In this document: positions 55,786 through 64,000 of the stretch, one piece after another
How positions within the stretch are numbered: position 1 is the first letter of the stretch
Layout of the letters: each line of letters starts with the position of its first letter
Assembly (NCBI GenBank): GCA_016222825.1
Contig: JACRQF010000024.1
Span: 1,614-65,613, forward strand
DNA: 64,000 nucleotides
DNA from: Verrucomicrobiota bacterium
GTDB taxonomy: Bacteria; Verrucomicrobiota; Verrucomicrobiia; CAIQCK01
Reading direction: 5' to 3'
Notes under the pieces: generated by a model
The model's input: only the letters and a program-made list of their open reading frames with translations
Told to the model about the DNA's origin: nothing
Databases searched by the model: none
Made by a program: the position numbers and the translations under genes

Positions 55786-57903
55786 ATGCGCCAACGGAAA
55801 ACCGCCATGCTCACAACACTCTTACTCGCCACCGCCACGCAACTCGCGCCGCTCGCCAGCGGCCTCACCGAACCGCCGGTCACCTACGTGCTCGACTACG
55901 GCTCCGCCCACGTCGGCAACGCCGAGTGGCTCGCCCATGTCGCCGCCGCCCCGCCGGAACTGCTCCACCTCGGCAAGGACGTGCCGATGACGCACAACTG
56001 GGGCCCAATCCGCGCGCTCGGCGGCGAGAACCAGGCGTTCGGCAAAGGCGACGCCATCCAGCGCCTCTCGCCCGCCGAGGTCACGGAGCGCATCAACGAC
56101 CTCTCCGCGATGGTCCGCTCGTTGCACGACGCCGGTGTAAAGATGGTGATGCCTTACATCTGCTCGATGACCATGGCGGGCCATCACCAGAAGCGCACCG
56201 GCTTCTGGGCGTTCTACGACGACTGGCAGAAATACTCCGGGCCGTTCCAGCTTGGCCTGCGCCCCGCGCCGGACCCGGCGAAGTGGCTGCAGCTCGACCC
56301 GCAGGGAAACTTCCAGCGGTTCTACAAATACGACGGCGACTTCTATCCCGCCTACGAGCCGAACCACCGCTACTGCGCTTGCGTCAACAACCCGAACTGG
56401 CAGCACTGGCTCTCGCGCGTCGTCAAGCTCCTCGTCCGCTGCGGCTATGACGGCACGTTCGTGGACAACGGCGCCTCGCTGCGTTGCTATTGCGAGCAGT
56501 GCCAGAAACTCTTCCGCGACTGGGCCAAGAAGCGCAGCCTCCCCAACGACGACCTCAAGCAAGCCGTGCCGGGCGGCGACGCGAAGCTCTACGAGGAGGC
56601 GCAGCGGTTCTGGATGGAGAGCCTGCACCAGCACCAGATGCGCCTACGCACCGCCGCCGTCAGCGCCGCGGCCAGCACGGGCCGGGGCGACAAGACCGCG
56701 CGCGGCTTCAAAATCTTCCCCAACGGCGGCCACAACCGTTACGAGGCCGTCCGGCTCGTCTTCGCCGACAGCGATTACATCATGTTCGAGAAATCCTTCG
56801 GCCCGCTCGGCACGCATCCCGGCCTCGCCGGTGGCAAGCAGGTCAACCACAGCATCACCGAGCTGAAGTTCGTCCAGTGCGTGCGCAAGATGGTGAAGCC
56901 GATCATCCTCACGCGCAGCGGCTACCCGAAGTCGCAGCCGCAATACGAGATGAACCGCGCCAGCGCCGCGCTCGGTTGCGCTGAGATGGGGGCGTTCGGC
57001 AACGGCGGCGGCTTCCTCATCCCGCCCAAGCTCGCCGACGGCCCCGCCGTGCTCAAGCAATGGCGCGGCTTCTACGAGCGCAACGCCGACCTCTACCGCA
57101 GCAACGATTCCTTCGCCGCCATCGGCGTGCTCTTCCTGAGCGAACAGAAACTCGCCGGCAACAAGAAGCACGTCGCCGCCGTCGAGCAGGTCGGCGCGCA
57201 GTTGCTCGCGGGCCACGTGCCGTTCGATTACGTGACCGAGGAGAGCTTCTCCACCAACAACTTCCTCCGGCGCTATCCCGCGCTGGTCGTGCCAGAGATC
57301 GTGCGACCCAACACGAAGCATCTCGATATCATCGCCGATTGGGTCCGCGACGGCGGCTGCGCGCTGCTCGTCGGCGAACACCCGGAGGATTCGCCGCTCG
57401 TGGCGCTGGCGAAGTCGCGCGGCCAGTCCAAGGGAATGGTGATGCGCATGGCCACGCTCGCCGCGCCTGAGGCCGTGCCGTCGTGGCTGGCCAACTACGT
57501 TCACGTCAACGGCTCTGTGTTCGAGGACGACGAGCGGCCGGAGTTGAAGAACGTCTTCGTCAACGCCTTCATGCGCCGCGACCGCGCGACATGGGACGTG
57601 CGCACCTGCTACCACATCGTCAACTACAACGTCCCGCTCGGCGTCAACGCCCCGCCGCCCGCGCCCATCGAGAACATCATCATGCGCCTGCCGATCCCGC
57701 AGGACCTGAAGCCGCGCGGCATCACCGCCCTCGACCCCGACACCGCCAGCGCCGAGAAACCCGAATGGCAGCTCGGCGAGCACTCGTTGCGGCTGAAGCT
57801 CCCGCGCCTGAGCATCTACAAGGTCATCGTCGTGGACTACGCCTCCACCAAGCCGCCGCCCAAGCCCAAGATGAAGTCCGACCGGCGGGGATTTGATTTT
57901 TAA
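55786..57903 (+). CDS. Exported hypothetical TIM-barrel glycoside hydrolase-like protein with GH42-type Cys cluster and GATase-like C-terminal domain
   Basis: YCACVNNP, GYDGTFVDN, CYCEQC, HVPFDYV..YPALVVP..WVRDGG. Start could be 55786 or 55807. Confidence 0.55.
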   Translation: MRQRKTAMLTTLLLATATQLAPLASGLTEPPVTYVLDYGSAHVGNAEWLAHVAAAPPELLHLGKDVPMTHNWGPIRALGGENQAFGKGDAIQRLSPAEVTERINDLSAMVRSLHDAGVKMVMPYICSMTMAGHHQKRTGFWAFYDDWQKYSGPFQLGLRPAPDPAKWLQLDPQGNFQRFYKYDGDFYPAYEPNHRYCACVNNPNWQHWLSRVVKLLVRCGYDGTFVDNGASLRCYCEQCQKLFRDWAKKRSLPNDDLKQAVPGGDAKLYEEAQRFWMESLHQHQMRLRTAAVSAAASTGRGDKTARGFKIFPNGGHNRYEAVRLVFADSDYIMFEKSFGPLGTHPGLAGGKQVNHSITELKFVQCVRKMVKPIILTRSGYPKSQPQYEMNRASAALGCAEMGAFGNGGGFLIPPKLADGPAVLKQWRGFYERNADLYRSNDSFAAIGVLFLSEQKLAGNKKHVAAVEQVGAQLLAGHVPFDYVTEESFSTNNFLRRYPALVVPEIVRPNTKHLDIIADWVRDGGCALLVGEHPEDSPLVALAKSRGQSKGMVMRMATLAAPEAVPSWLANYVHVNGSVFEDDERPELKNVFVNAFMRRDRATWDVRTCYHIVNYNVPLGVNAPPPAPIENIIMRLPIPQDLKPRGITALDPDTASAEKPEWQLGEHSLRLKLPRLSIYKVIVVDYASTKPPPKPKMKSDRRGFDF

Positions 57904-57908
57904 ATGCC

Positions 57909-60056
57909 ATGAAAACGCACAACCACATCAGCTCACTGCTCATCCTCTGCCTCCTAGGCGTTTTGCCGCAATCCCGTGCGGCGACCTTGGACGACTTCAT
58001 TGGCATCCGCTGGGGAACTTCCATCGAAGAGGCAAAGAAGATCGCCCTCTCAGACCGGCAGCGCGTGTTGGAGAAGCAGGAGAACGGCATCCTCGGCACG
58101 CTCAGCCTGCGAAAGGGCAGCTACCTCGGCAAACCGGCGACGTGGTGGTTCCTGGCTTTCGTAAACGACAAGTTCTGCCACGGCTTTGTGGACTTCCAGC
58201 TTTACCGCGACCAGCGGCCCCTCTTTCAACTCCGCCAGCTCCGCAAGACGCTCATCGCCAAATACGGCGAACCCGTGGTGGACCTGGACAGCCATCCGAA
58301 TTCCGACCCGTCGTGGGAGGAGTGTTTTGCGCTCAAGCCGGTCTTCAAGTGCGACTGGCATTTCACGACCTCCGGGCCGGTTCCCGAGCTCGCCACGGTC
58401 CGGCTGTTTCTGCACGGGACAAGGATGGAGGAGGCGTGCATGAGGCTGGTCTATGGAAACCCGGCGTTGTCCGAGAAACGGGACAAGATCGAGCATGACC
58501 GGAAAGCCGGCGTTATCCCGGCGGCGTCGCCGGAGGAAGCGCAAGCCAGGGAAGCCGCCGTGAAGGAGGCGTTTGAAAAGTTTCACGCCGCCATCAGGGC
58601 CGGCAACGGCAAGCTCGCGCTCGAAACGCACAGCAAAGAATCGCTCAGCCGGATGACCGAGGAGCAAAAGGCGTCGTGGCTCCGCCTGCCGTCCGGCCGC
58701 TACCACGCCCCCGATGTTTCGTCGGTTTCCGTGCGGACGAAAACCGCCGGCGTCCATTACACGTTGAGGGATTCGCGCGGGCAGTTGAATCACTATTTCG
58801 AATTCTTCCTCCTGGAGGACGGCCAGTGGAAGCTCCAGTCCACCCACAGCCAGGAGCGCGCGCCGGGCGACCTTGCCTGCGCCTTCTGGCTGCCGCCGGA
58901 CACTGCGCCCTTCGTCGAAGGCGACGAGGACTGGTCGAAGGTTGAGACCGTGCGCACGGGCGACCCGGACTGGAGCGTGCAGGCCATCACCGATTCCGTG
59001 TTCCTCTACATTCGCTTCATCCACGCCGCGGATCTGCCGGTTCCCGCCTCGCTGCTGACGGACGATCCCCGCCCGTCCGAGATGATCTACACTCCCGGCG
59101 TCAGCATTGGCACTTCCAGCCTTCGGGAAGGCGTCCGGCTTTCGGTCGGCCAGGTCATTGCCACGCGGCTGACGAAGAAGAAGAGCCAGCAGTTCGTGAA
59201 CTACAGCCTCACCGTCCGGCGCAGGGGCGATGAGAGCTGCTCCGCCAACGCCGACAGCGGCGGCGGCACCCTGACAATCCGGGACCGTTGCGTGGACGTC
59301 CGCATCCCCCGCGAAGTCCTGACGGGCATCCCGCTCAAGCCGCTCCGCATCTGGGTGACGCCCAAGGCTCCCGCCACTACGCTCGAATACACGGTGAAGG
59401 ACTGGCTCCACAGCGTGCCCGCCCCGCGACGGCCCGCGCGCGTGGCGGTTGCTCCCCCCGTCAAACCCAACTTGCCCGCCCCCGATCCGACGGTGGACGC
59501 CGCCAAACAAACCATGCGCGAACTCGCCACCCGCATCGTCGGAGGCGACCCGAAGGCTTTCGACGAACTGCTCGACACCGCCACGAAGCTTTATCGGAGC
59601 ATAGACTACGCCAAGGAAAGGGACCGGGTCATATCCAACTTGGCGCTCATGCGCGCGGCCTACGACATCCTCGGCGAGCAGGCCGGCAAGGATAACGCCA
59701 GGGCCTTTGAGGCGCTGAAACAGTCGCTGGGAAGAAGACCGTTGAGTTCCTTCGCTCCGGACGCGCTGGGGATCGCCGCGGCCCTCGGCCATGCGGAAGC
59801 GCTTCAGATACTCCTGCACCACGACCAGCACGGCATCCTCAAGTCATCGGCCGTCTTCGCGCTCCAGGCGCCCGCCGAGAAGAACAACGCGCAAGCCATC
59901 GCGTTCCTCATCGCCGTCCTGGACGATCCCTCGGCTCGCGCGCTCTGGTATGGCGCCTCGCAGGGTCTGATTGCCGCGCGGGACAATCCGAAAGTCAAGG
60001 CGGCCCTGGAGAAGTATGAGAAGGCCAATCAAAAGCCGGCCGGGCCGCCCCGATGA
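57909..60056 (+). CDS. Exported multidomain hypothetical protein with NTF2-like middle region and C-terminal HEAT-like repeats
   Basis: Signal peptide, AVKEAFEKFHAAI..EDGQWKL, Pro-rich linker, helical ALG.AAALG..AL..L repeats. Confidence 0.55.
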   Translation: MKTHNHISSLLILCLLGVLPQSRAATLDDFIGIRWGTSIEEAKKIALSDRQRVLEKQENGILGTLSLRKGSYLGKPATWWFLAFVNDKFCHGFVDFQLYRDQRPLFQLRQLRKTLIAKYGEPVVDLDSHPNSDPSWEECFALKPVFKCDWHFTTSGPVPELATVRLFLHGTRMEEACMRLVYGNPALSEKRDKIEHDRKAGVIPAASPEEAQAREAAVKEAFEKFHAAIRAGNGKLALETHSKESLSRMTEEQKASWLRLPSGRYHAPDVSSVSVRTKTAGVHYTLRDSRGQLNHYFEFFLLEDGQWKLQSTHSQERAPGDLACAFWLPPDTAPFVEGDEDWSKVETVRTGDPDWSVQAITDSVFLYIRFIHAADLPVPASLLTDDPRPSEMIYTPGVSIGTSSLREGVRLSVGQVIATRLTKKKSQQFVNYSLTVRRRGDESCSANADSGGGTLTIRDRCVDVRIPREVLTGIPLKPLRIWVTPKAPATTLEYTVKDWLHSVPAPRRPARVAVAPPVKPNLPAPDPTVDAAKQTMRELATRIVGGDPKAFDELLDTATKLYRSIDYAKERDRVISNLALMRAAYDILGEQAGKDNARAFEALKQSLGRRPLSSFAPDALGIAAALGHAEALQILLHHDQHGILKSSAVFALQAPAEKNNAQAIAFLIAVLDDPSARALWYGASQGLIAARDNPKVKAALEKYEKANQKPAGPPR

Positions 60057-60197
60057 GCAACCGTAAAGCTCTCCCGGGTTTCTAGCCGGCCGGCGAATCT
60101 GTGGTGCGACGATGCCCGCCGTCCAACGCGCCGCGCTGCCCAGAAACCCACATCGTGTTCAACCTTTGGCTTTCCTGGTTATTCGTGCATGTCGTCC

Positions 60198-61550
60198 TCA
60201 CACCGTCCACGAGCCGCGGTAGGCCCGGTGGCGGAGGCGGTTGGCGGCGTCGGCGTTGGGGCCGGTGAAGCGTTCGGCGGCGGGGTCCCACGCGAGCCTA
60301 GCCTTGAGGGTCATGGCGATGTTGCCGAGATGGCAGATGCTGGTGGAGCGGTGCCCGACCTCGACGGGCGCGGCCGGTTCGCGGCGGCTCTTGACGCAAT
60401 CGAGGAAGTTCCGCATGTGGTCGTTGGATTCGTAGAGACGGATTTCGTCCAGCCCGATCTTCTCACTGAGCAACTTGGGATCGGACGCCGTCAAGCGGTC
60501 TTGGAAGGCGATCCAACCTTTGTCGCCTTCGAGCTTCACGCACCACCCGCGCTTGCTGCTGTGAAACTCGCCTTCGACGCCGTCGGCGTAACGGAAGCGG
60601 AAATGCACCGGGTTGGCCATGTTGAAGAACGCCTCGGGATGGAACTCGCCGCCGAGGTCCTCGACCTCCACGGGGCCGGTGTCGTCATGGCCGCTGGCCC
60701 ACTGGACCAAGTCGAGCATGTGCGCGCCGGTGTTGGTGACTTCGCCGCCGGAGTAGTCGTTGATGTAGCGAAAGCTGTAGAGGCAGCGGAGCTTGTGGTA
60801 GGGCGCCCATTGCGCGGGGCCGAGCCACATGTCGTAATCGAGCCACGCCGGCACCGGCTGCTCCTCCCAAGGCTGCTTCGGCTCCTCGCGGCCGGGGTTC
60901 GTGCCGATCTCGACGGTGGCCTTGCGGAGTTTGCCGATGCGGCCGTTGCGGACCAACTCGCACATGAACCTCGCCACCGGGGACGAACGCCGGTGCGTGC
61001 CGGTCTGCAGGATGCGGCCGTTGCAGCGGACCGCCTCGACCATCGCGCGTCCCTCGGCGAGCGTGAGGGAGAGCGGCTTTTCGCAATAGATGTCCTTGCC
61101 CGCGCGGGCGGCGGCGATGGTGATCGGCGCGTGCCAGTGGTCGGGCGTGACGTTGGTGACGGCGTCAATGTCGCCGCGCGCAAGCAGCTCGCGGAAGTCA
61201 ATGCAGGTGGCGCAGCCCTTGAAGCTCTCGCGGCCGGTTTGCTGTGCGTAGTGGTGCTCGACGACCTTCTTGGCGGAGTCGCGGCCGAACCACGGTCCCT
61301 GCCAGCCGTCCTTGAACCAGTGGCCGTATTCGTTGGAGGCGCTGACGGGGTCGCACGCGGCGACGATCTGGACGTCGTCGTTGACCATCGCGGCGCGGAG
61401 GTCGCGCATGCCCATGCCGCCGACGCCGATGCAGCCCATCGTGATGCGGTTGGACGGCGCGTTCTTCCCGAAGAGCCGCGCCGGGACGATCATGGCGGCG
61501 GCAACGGTGGTGGAGGTGCGGAGGAATTGGCGGCGGTTGATGGTTTTCAT
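60198..61550 (-). CDS. Tat-exported Gfo/Idh/MocA oxidoreductase
   Basis: NRRQFL, IGVGGMG, TPDHWH, YCEKP, TGAHMLD. Confidence 0.92.
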   Translation of the reverse strand: MKTINRRQFLRTSTTVAAAMIVPARLFGKNAPSNRITMGCIGVGGMGMRDLRAAMVNDDVQIVAACDPVSASNEYGHWFKDGWQGPWFGRDSAKKVVEHHYAQQTGRESFKGCATCIDFRELLARGDIDAVTNVTPDHWHAPITIAAARAGKDIYCEKPLSLTLAEGRAMVEAVRCNGRILQTGTHRRSSPVARFMCELVRNGRIGKLRKATVEIGTNPGREEPKQPWEEQPVPAWLDYDMWLGPAQWAPYHKLRCLYSFRYINDYSGGEVTNTGAHMLDLVQWASGHDDTGPVEVEDLGGEFHPEAFFNMANPVHFRFRYADGVEGEFHSSKRGWCVKLEGDKGWIAFQDRLTASDPKLLSEKIGLDEIRLYESNDHMRNFLDCVKSRREPAAPVEVGHRSTSICHLGNIAMTLKARLAWDPAAERFTGPNADAANRLRHRAYRGSWTV

Positions 61551-61693
61551 GGCGCGGTGCGTGTCTCGCATAGGCAAGGGCAGCGGGAGGCGCGGGTCAA
61601 GGAGAAAGAACGACAACGTCACGGGTGCCGCGGCCATTTACGGATGGAATGCAAGTTATCGCGAGATCAGGGTCGTAGGACGCGTTGCCGGTC

Positions 61694-61798
61694 TGGGCGA
61701 GCATCTTGCCCGCCATGCTACACAAGGCAGGACAATCTTCCTCCCTTGCGTTGCGGTTCACTCCAGTAGCTGCCGCAGGCGGGCAGGATGCCCGCCCA
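61694..61798. repeat. REP-like inverted doublet (GGGCGAGCATCTTGCCCGCC type)
   Basis: 21-bp arms 61694-61714 and 61778-61798 are complementary with 2 mismatches. Each arm is itself a hairpin. Confidence 0.7.
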
Positions 61799-61930
61799 AG
61801 ACGGCAGGCCGGCCGCTCCGCATTCATCCCCCGCGCCGCCCGGGCACCGCGGCGGACCGGGGGGCGGTTGTTCCGGGTCGCGGGGTGCTTCAGTTGTCCG
61901 AGGGGGTTCTTCTTCCGTCCCAAGGGGTCG

Positions 61931-62170
61931 GCCCCTTCCGGCGAGGGGTTCGCCCCCTGGCGCAGGTGCCGCGCCCCTTCCCAAAAGGGGCGTGCCCCTC
62001 GCCGCAACTATGGCGCCCCTTCTGAAAAGGGGCGCGCCCCTTGCCGCAGATTCTTCGCCCCTTTTCGCGGGGGATGCGCCCCCCGGCGCAGATGTTTCGC
62101 CCCTTGGCGCGAGGGGTGCGCCCCTCGGCGCAGGTGCTGCGCCCCTTTTCAAAAGGGGCGCGCCCCCTGA
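61931..62170. repeat. 21-bp tandem array with 42-bp higher-order period
   Basis: GCCCC recurs exactly every 21 nt from 61931 to 62162 (11 full units plus a partial one). Two degenerate units lie upstream. Confidence 0.9.
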
Positions 62171-62176
62171 CGCTCC

Positions 62177-62383
62177 AAATACGCCGTTTAGGGCGGTATT
62201 TCACACGTTTCGTAGCCGCCGACGTGAGGAGGCCGAAAGGCTGTGTCTGGCAACGCGTCCGCCTATCCATGAACCTCAGGTTCATGGCCCGGACGCGCCA
62301 ACGCCGAGTTGGTGGAGTTCTCCTTACGTCGGCGGCTACAGCTTGTCGGCGTTTCGTGCAGCGTGTGAAATACGCCGTTTAGG
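62177..62383. repeat. Nested composite palindromic element
   Basis: GTAGCCGCCGACGT(G/A)AGGAG inverted pair (62212-62231 / 62320-62339) encloses CCATGAACCT-C-AGGTTCATGG. Outer GTATTTCACACG / CGTGTGAAATAC pair. 16-bp direct repeats at 62177 and 62368. Confidence 0.8.
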
Positions 62384-62564
62384 CCGCCGAAGACCCTCCG
62401 GGCCGTCTTGAGCCGCTATTGCGGCTTGGCGCACCGGAGCGGCCGCCGGGTCGGCCGATGCGACAATGCGGCGCGCCCAGCGCTCAGCTTTGAGCCGTCA
62501 GCCGGAAAGAGGTGGAGTGGGCGCTCCGCGCGCGCTACACTCTGGCCGAACTGCGGAGGACGTT

Positions 62565-62900
62565 ATGAAGAGAATCGTGGTTTGCTTGGTGTCGGTCCTT
62601 CTTCTGGCTGTGCTGATGCCATGCCTCTTCGTCCTCTACGAGGTCTGCTGGGAGGTCAGGCCGGGGATGACGCGCGCAGACTTGCTCAAGGTTTTCAGGT
62701 CGGAGGGTGGAGTATATCAACGCACTCAACGCCACTTTGTTTACCGCCGTTGGCCACCCATATTGAGTTGGGGATACATCAAGGTCGTTGTGCGTTTTGA
62801 AGCGACAGAGCAGAAGACGAATCAGTCTATCGAGCTGCCAACGGATAAAATCACATGGATTTCCAAGCCCTACATCGAGCGGGGCCTCACCATCGATTGA
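62565..62900 (+). CDS. Small conserved-looking hypothetical membrane/exported protein (111 aa)
   Basis: GGAGGA RBS, TACACT -10-like box upstream, hydrophobic N-terminus, GMTRADLLKVF..EGG..IKV.V.F..ISKPY. Confidence 0.65.
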   Translation: MKRIVVCLVSVLLLAVLMPCLFVLYEVCWEVRPGMTRADLLKVFRSEGGVYQRTQRHFVYRRWPPILSWGYIKVVVRFEATEQKTNQSIELPTDKITWISKPYIERGLTID

Positions 62901-62908
62901 CGCGCGCC

Positions 62909-64000
62909 ATGAACCTCCTCTGCCGCCCGCTGGTTCCGCTCTTGCTCCTGTGTTGGTTCCCCGGCCTGCCGGGCGCGCGGGGTGGCGAGGTGGCGGTGAA
63001 GGCGGACCAAGGAGGGAAACTAACCTTGGCCGAGCAACCGAAACCACATCTGCGTCGGCAAGGCGATTGCGTTTACATTCTTCCAGATGCTGTAGACGAC
63101 GACCTTGCCGCTCTGAAGACCATGCAAGGTGTGAAGCGGGTTTTCGCAGAATTCAGAATGGCCAGCGGCCTGCGTCATCAATCTCCACCCCCGACGGCTC
63201 AACTTTCGGCTGCCGGACTGGCGCACTTGAAAGGACTGAAGGAACTTGAGGTGTTGATATTGTTAGAAATGCAACTCACCGATGATGGGCTTGCGCAAAT
63301 TGGAGAAATATCCGGTCTGAGAGAACTCTGGCTGGACGGCGACCGTGCGGTCACAGACAAGGGGCTGGCTCACCTCAGTGGTTTGAAACAGTTGAGGGTG
63401 CTCCGGTTTTTCGGAGCACCCATCACCGACGCGGGACTGGCCCATATCAAAGGTTTGACGGAACTTCAAACGCTGCTACTTGGCTATGCGAGAGTGACCG
63501 ATGCCGGGATGCCGATCATCGCGGGCTTTCATAAACTCAAGACTCTGGACCTCCAGAACACGGGCATTACCGACGCAGGGCTTGCCAGCCTCGGTTGTTT
63601 GACCACACTGGATTGGTTGTGTTTCCGCAACACGCGAATCACCAGCGACGGTCTTTCACGCTTGCAGAATCTTACCAACCTTACGTGGTTGTTTCTGGAC
63701 GACACCGATGTAGGCGATGACGGCCTCAAGCATCTCAAGAAGATGAGCAAGCTTAAAACACTGGGTCTTTGCACGACAAAGGTTCTAACGGAGCAGGGAC
63801 TCTCATGTTTGGCAGCATTACAGAATCTGGAACGTCTGAGACTCCGTCGTGCCAAGATCACAGGCGCTGGCCTTGCTTCCCTCGTTGCGCTGTCGAATCT
63901 GAAAGAGCTGGAGCTGGTTGGCAAGGGCGTCCCTGCCATTACCGAAGCGGAAATCAACAAGTTGTGGCACGCGATGCCCAAGATCAACATTTCGGTCCAT
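62909..64000 (+). CDS. Exported leucine-rich-repeat protein (24-residue repeats), 3'-truncated by the window edge
   Basis: My translation: open from ATG 62909 (MNLLCRPLVPLLLLCW...) to 64000, with repeats such as ITDAGLAHIKGLTELQTLLLGYAR. Absent from the ORF track. Confidence 0.9.
   Translation, partial: MNLLCRPLVPLLLLCWFPGLPGARGGEVAVKADQGGKLTLAEQPKPHLRRQGDCVYILPDAVDDDLAALKTMQGVKRVFAEFRMASGLRHQSPPPTAQLSAAGLAHLKGLKELEVLILLEMQLTDDGLAQIGEISGLRELWLDGDRAVTDKGLAHLSGLKQLRVLRFFGAPITDAGLAHIKGLTELQTLLLGYARVTDAGMPIIAGFHKLKTLDLQNTGITDAGLASLGCLTTLDWLCFRNTRITSDGLSRLQNLTNLTWLFLDDTDVGDDGLKHLKKMSKLKTLGLCTTKVLTEQGLSCLAALQNLERLRLRRAKITGAGLASLVALSNLKELELVGKGVPAITEAEINKLWHAMPKINISVH

Noticed and set aside
61931-62170. 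Possible CRISPR array
   Set aside because: The constant part is only about 5 nt, the period is 21 nt, there are no unique 30-40 nt spacers, and no cas genes are present.
61597-62411. Several overlapping Pro/Arg/Gly-rich ORFs across the repeat region
   Set aside because: Frames are open on both strands because of GC-rich repeats, and none has a convincing RBS or domain.
1-64000. tRNA, rRNA, riboswitch, integrase or transposase
   Set aside because: None was recognisable by eye. A covariance-model search of the gaps at 22936-23134, 39384-39599, 51719-51949 and 61551-62564 would be needed to exclude ncRNAs.

Overview
High-GC bacterial window, most consistent with a Verrucomicrobiota/Planctomycetota-type genome (inferred from gene content and repeat types). 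About 43 CDS are dominated by exported carbohydrate-catabolic functions. These include three sulfatases (one fused to a GH5-like domain), five Gfo/Idh/MocA oxidoreductases, three neutral-ceramidase-like amidohydrolases and xylose-isomerase-like TIM barrels (one fused to ThuA). There are also GH172, GH43, GHL10 and clan-A-like hydrolases, heparinase II/III-like and beta-helix proteins, and an FAD oxidoreductase. Many carry twin-arginine signals. Other genes encode a PPi-type phosphofructokinase, AhpC, two MFS transporters, an FtsX/LolD-type ABC system with a Cys-motif partner, a VapBC-like toxin-antitoxin pair, and an inactive-transglutaminase/ATP-grasp pair. There is also a discoidin/beta-propeller/hydrazine-synthase-alpha-like protein with two CxxCH motifs, and an LRR gene running off the right edge that the ORF track missed. 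At DNA level there are several GTAG-type REP doublets, one of them translated in frame inside the sulfatase-GH gene, and a phased 21/42-bp tandem array. No rRNA, tRNA, CRISPR, transposase or integrase was recognised. All family assignments are from motif recognition by eye, not database searches.
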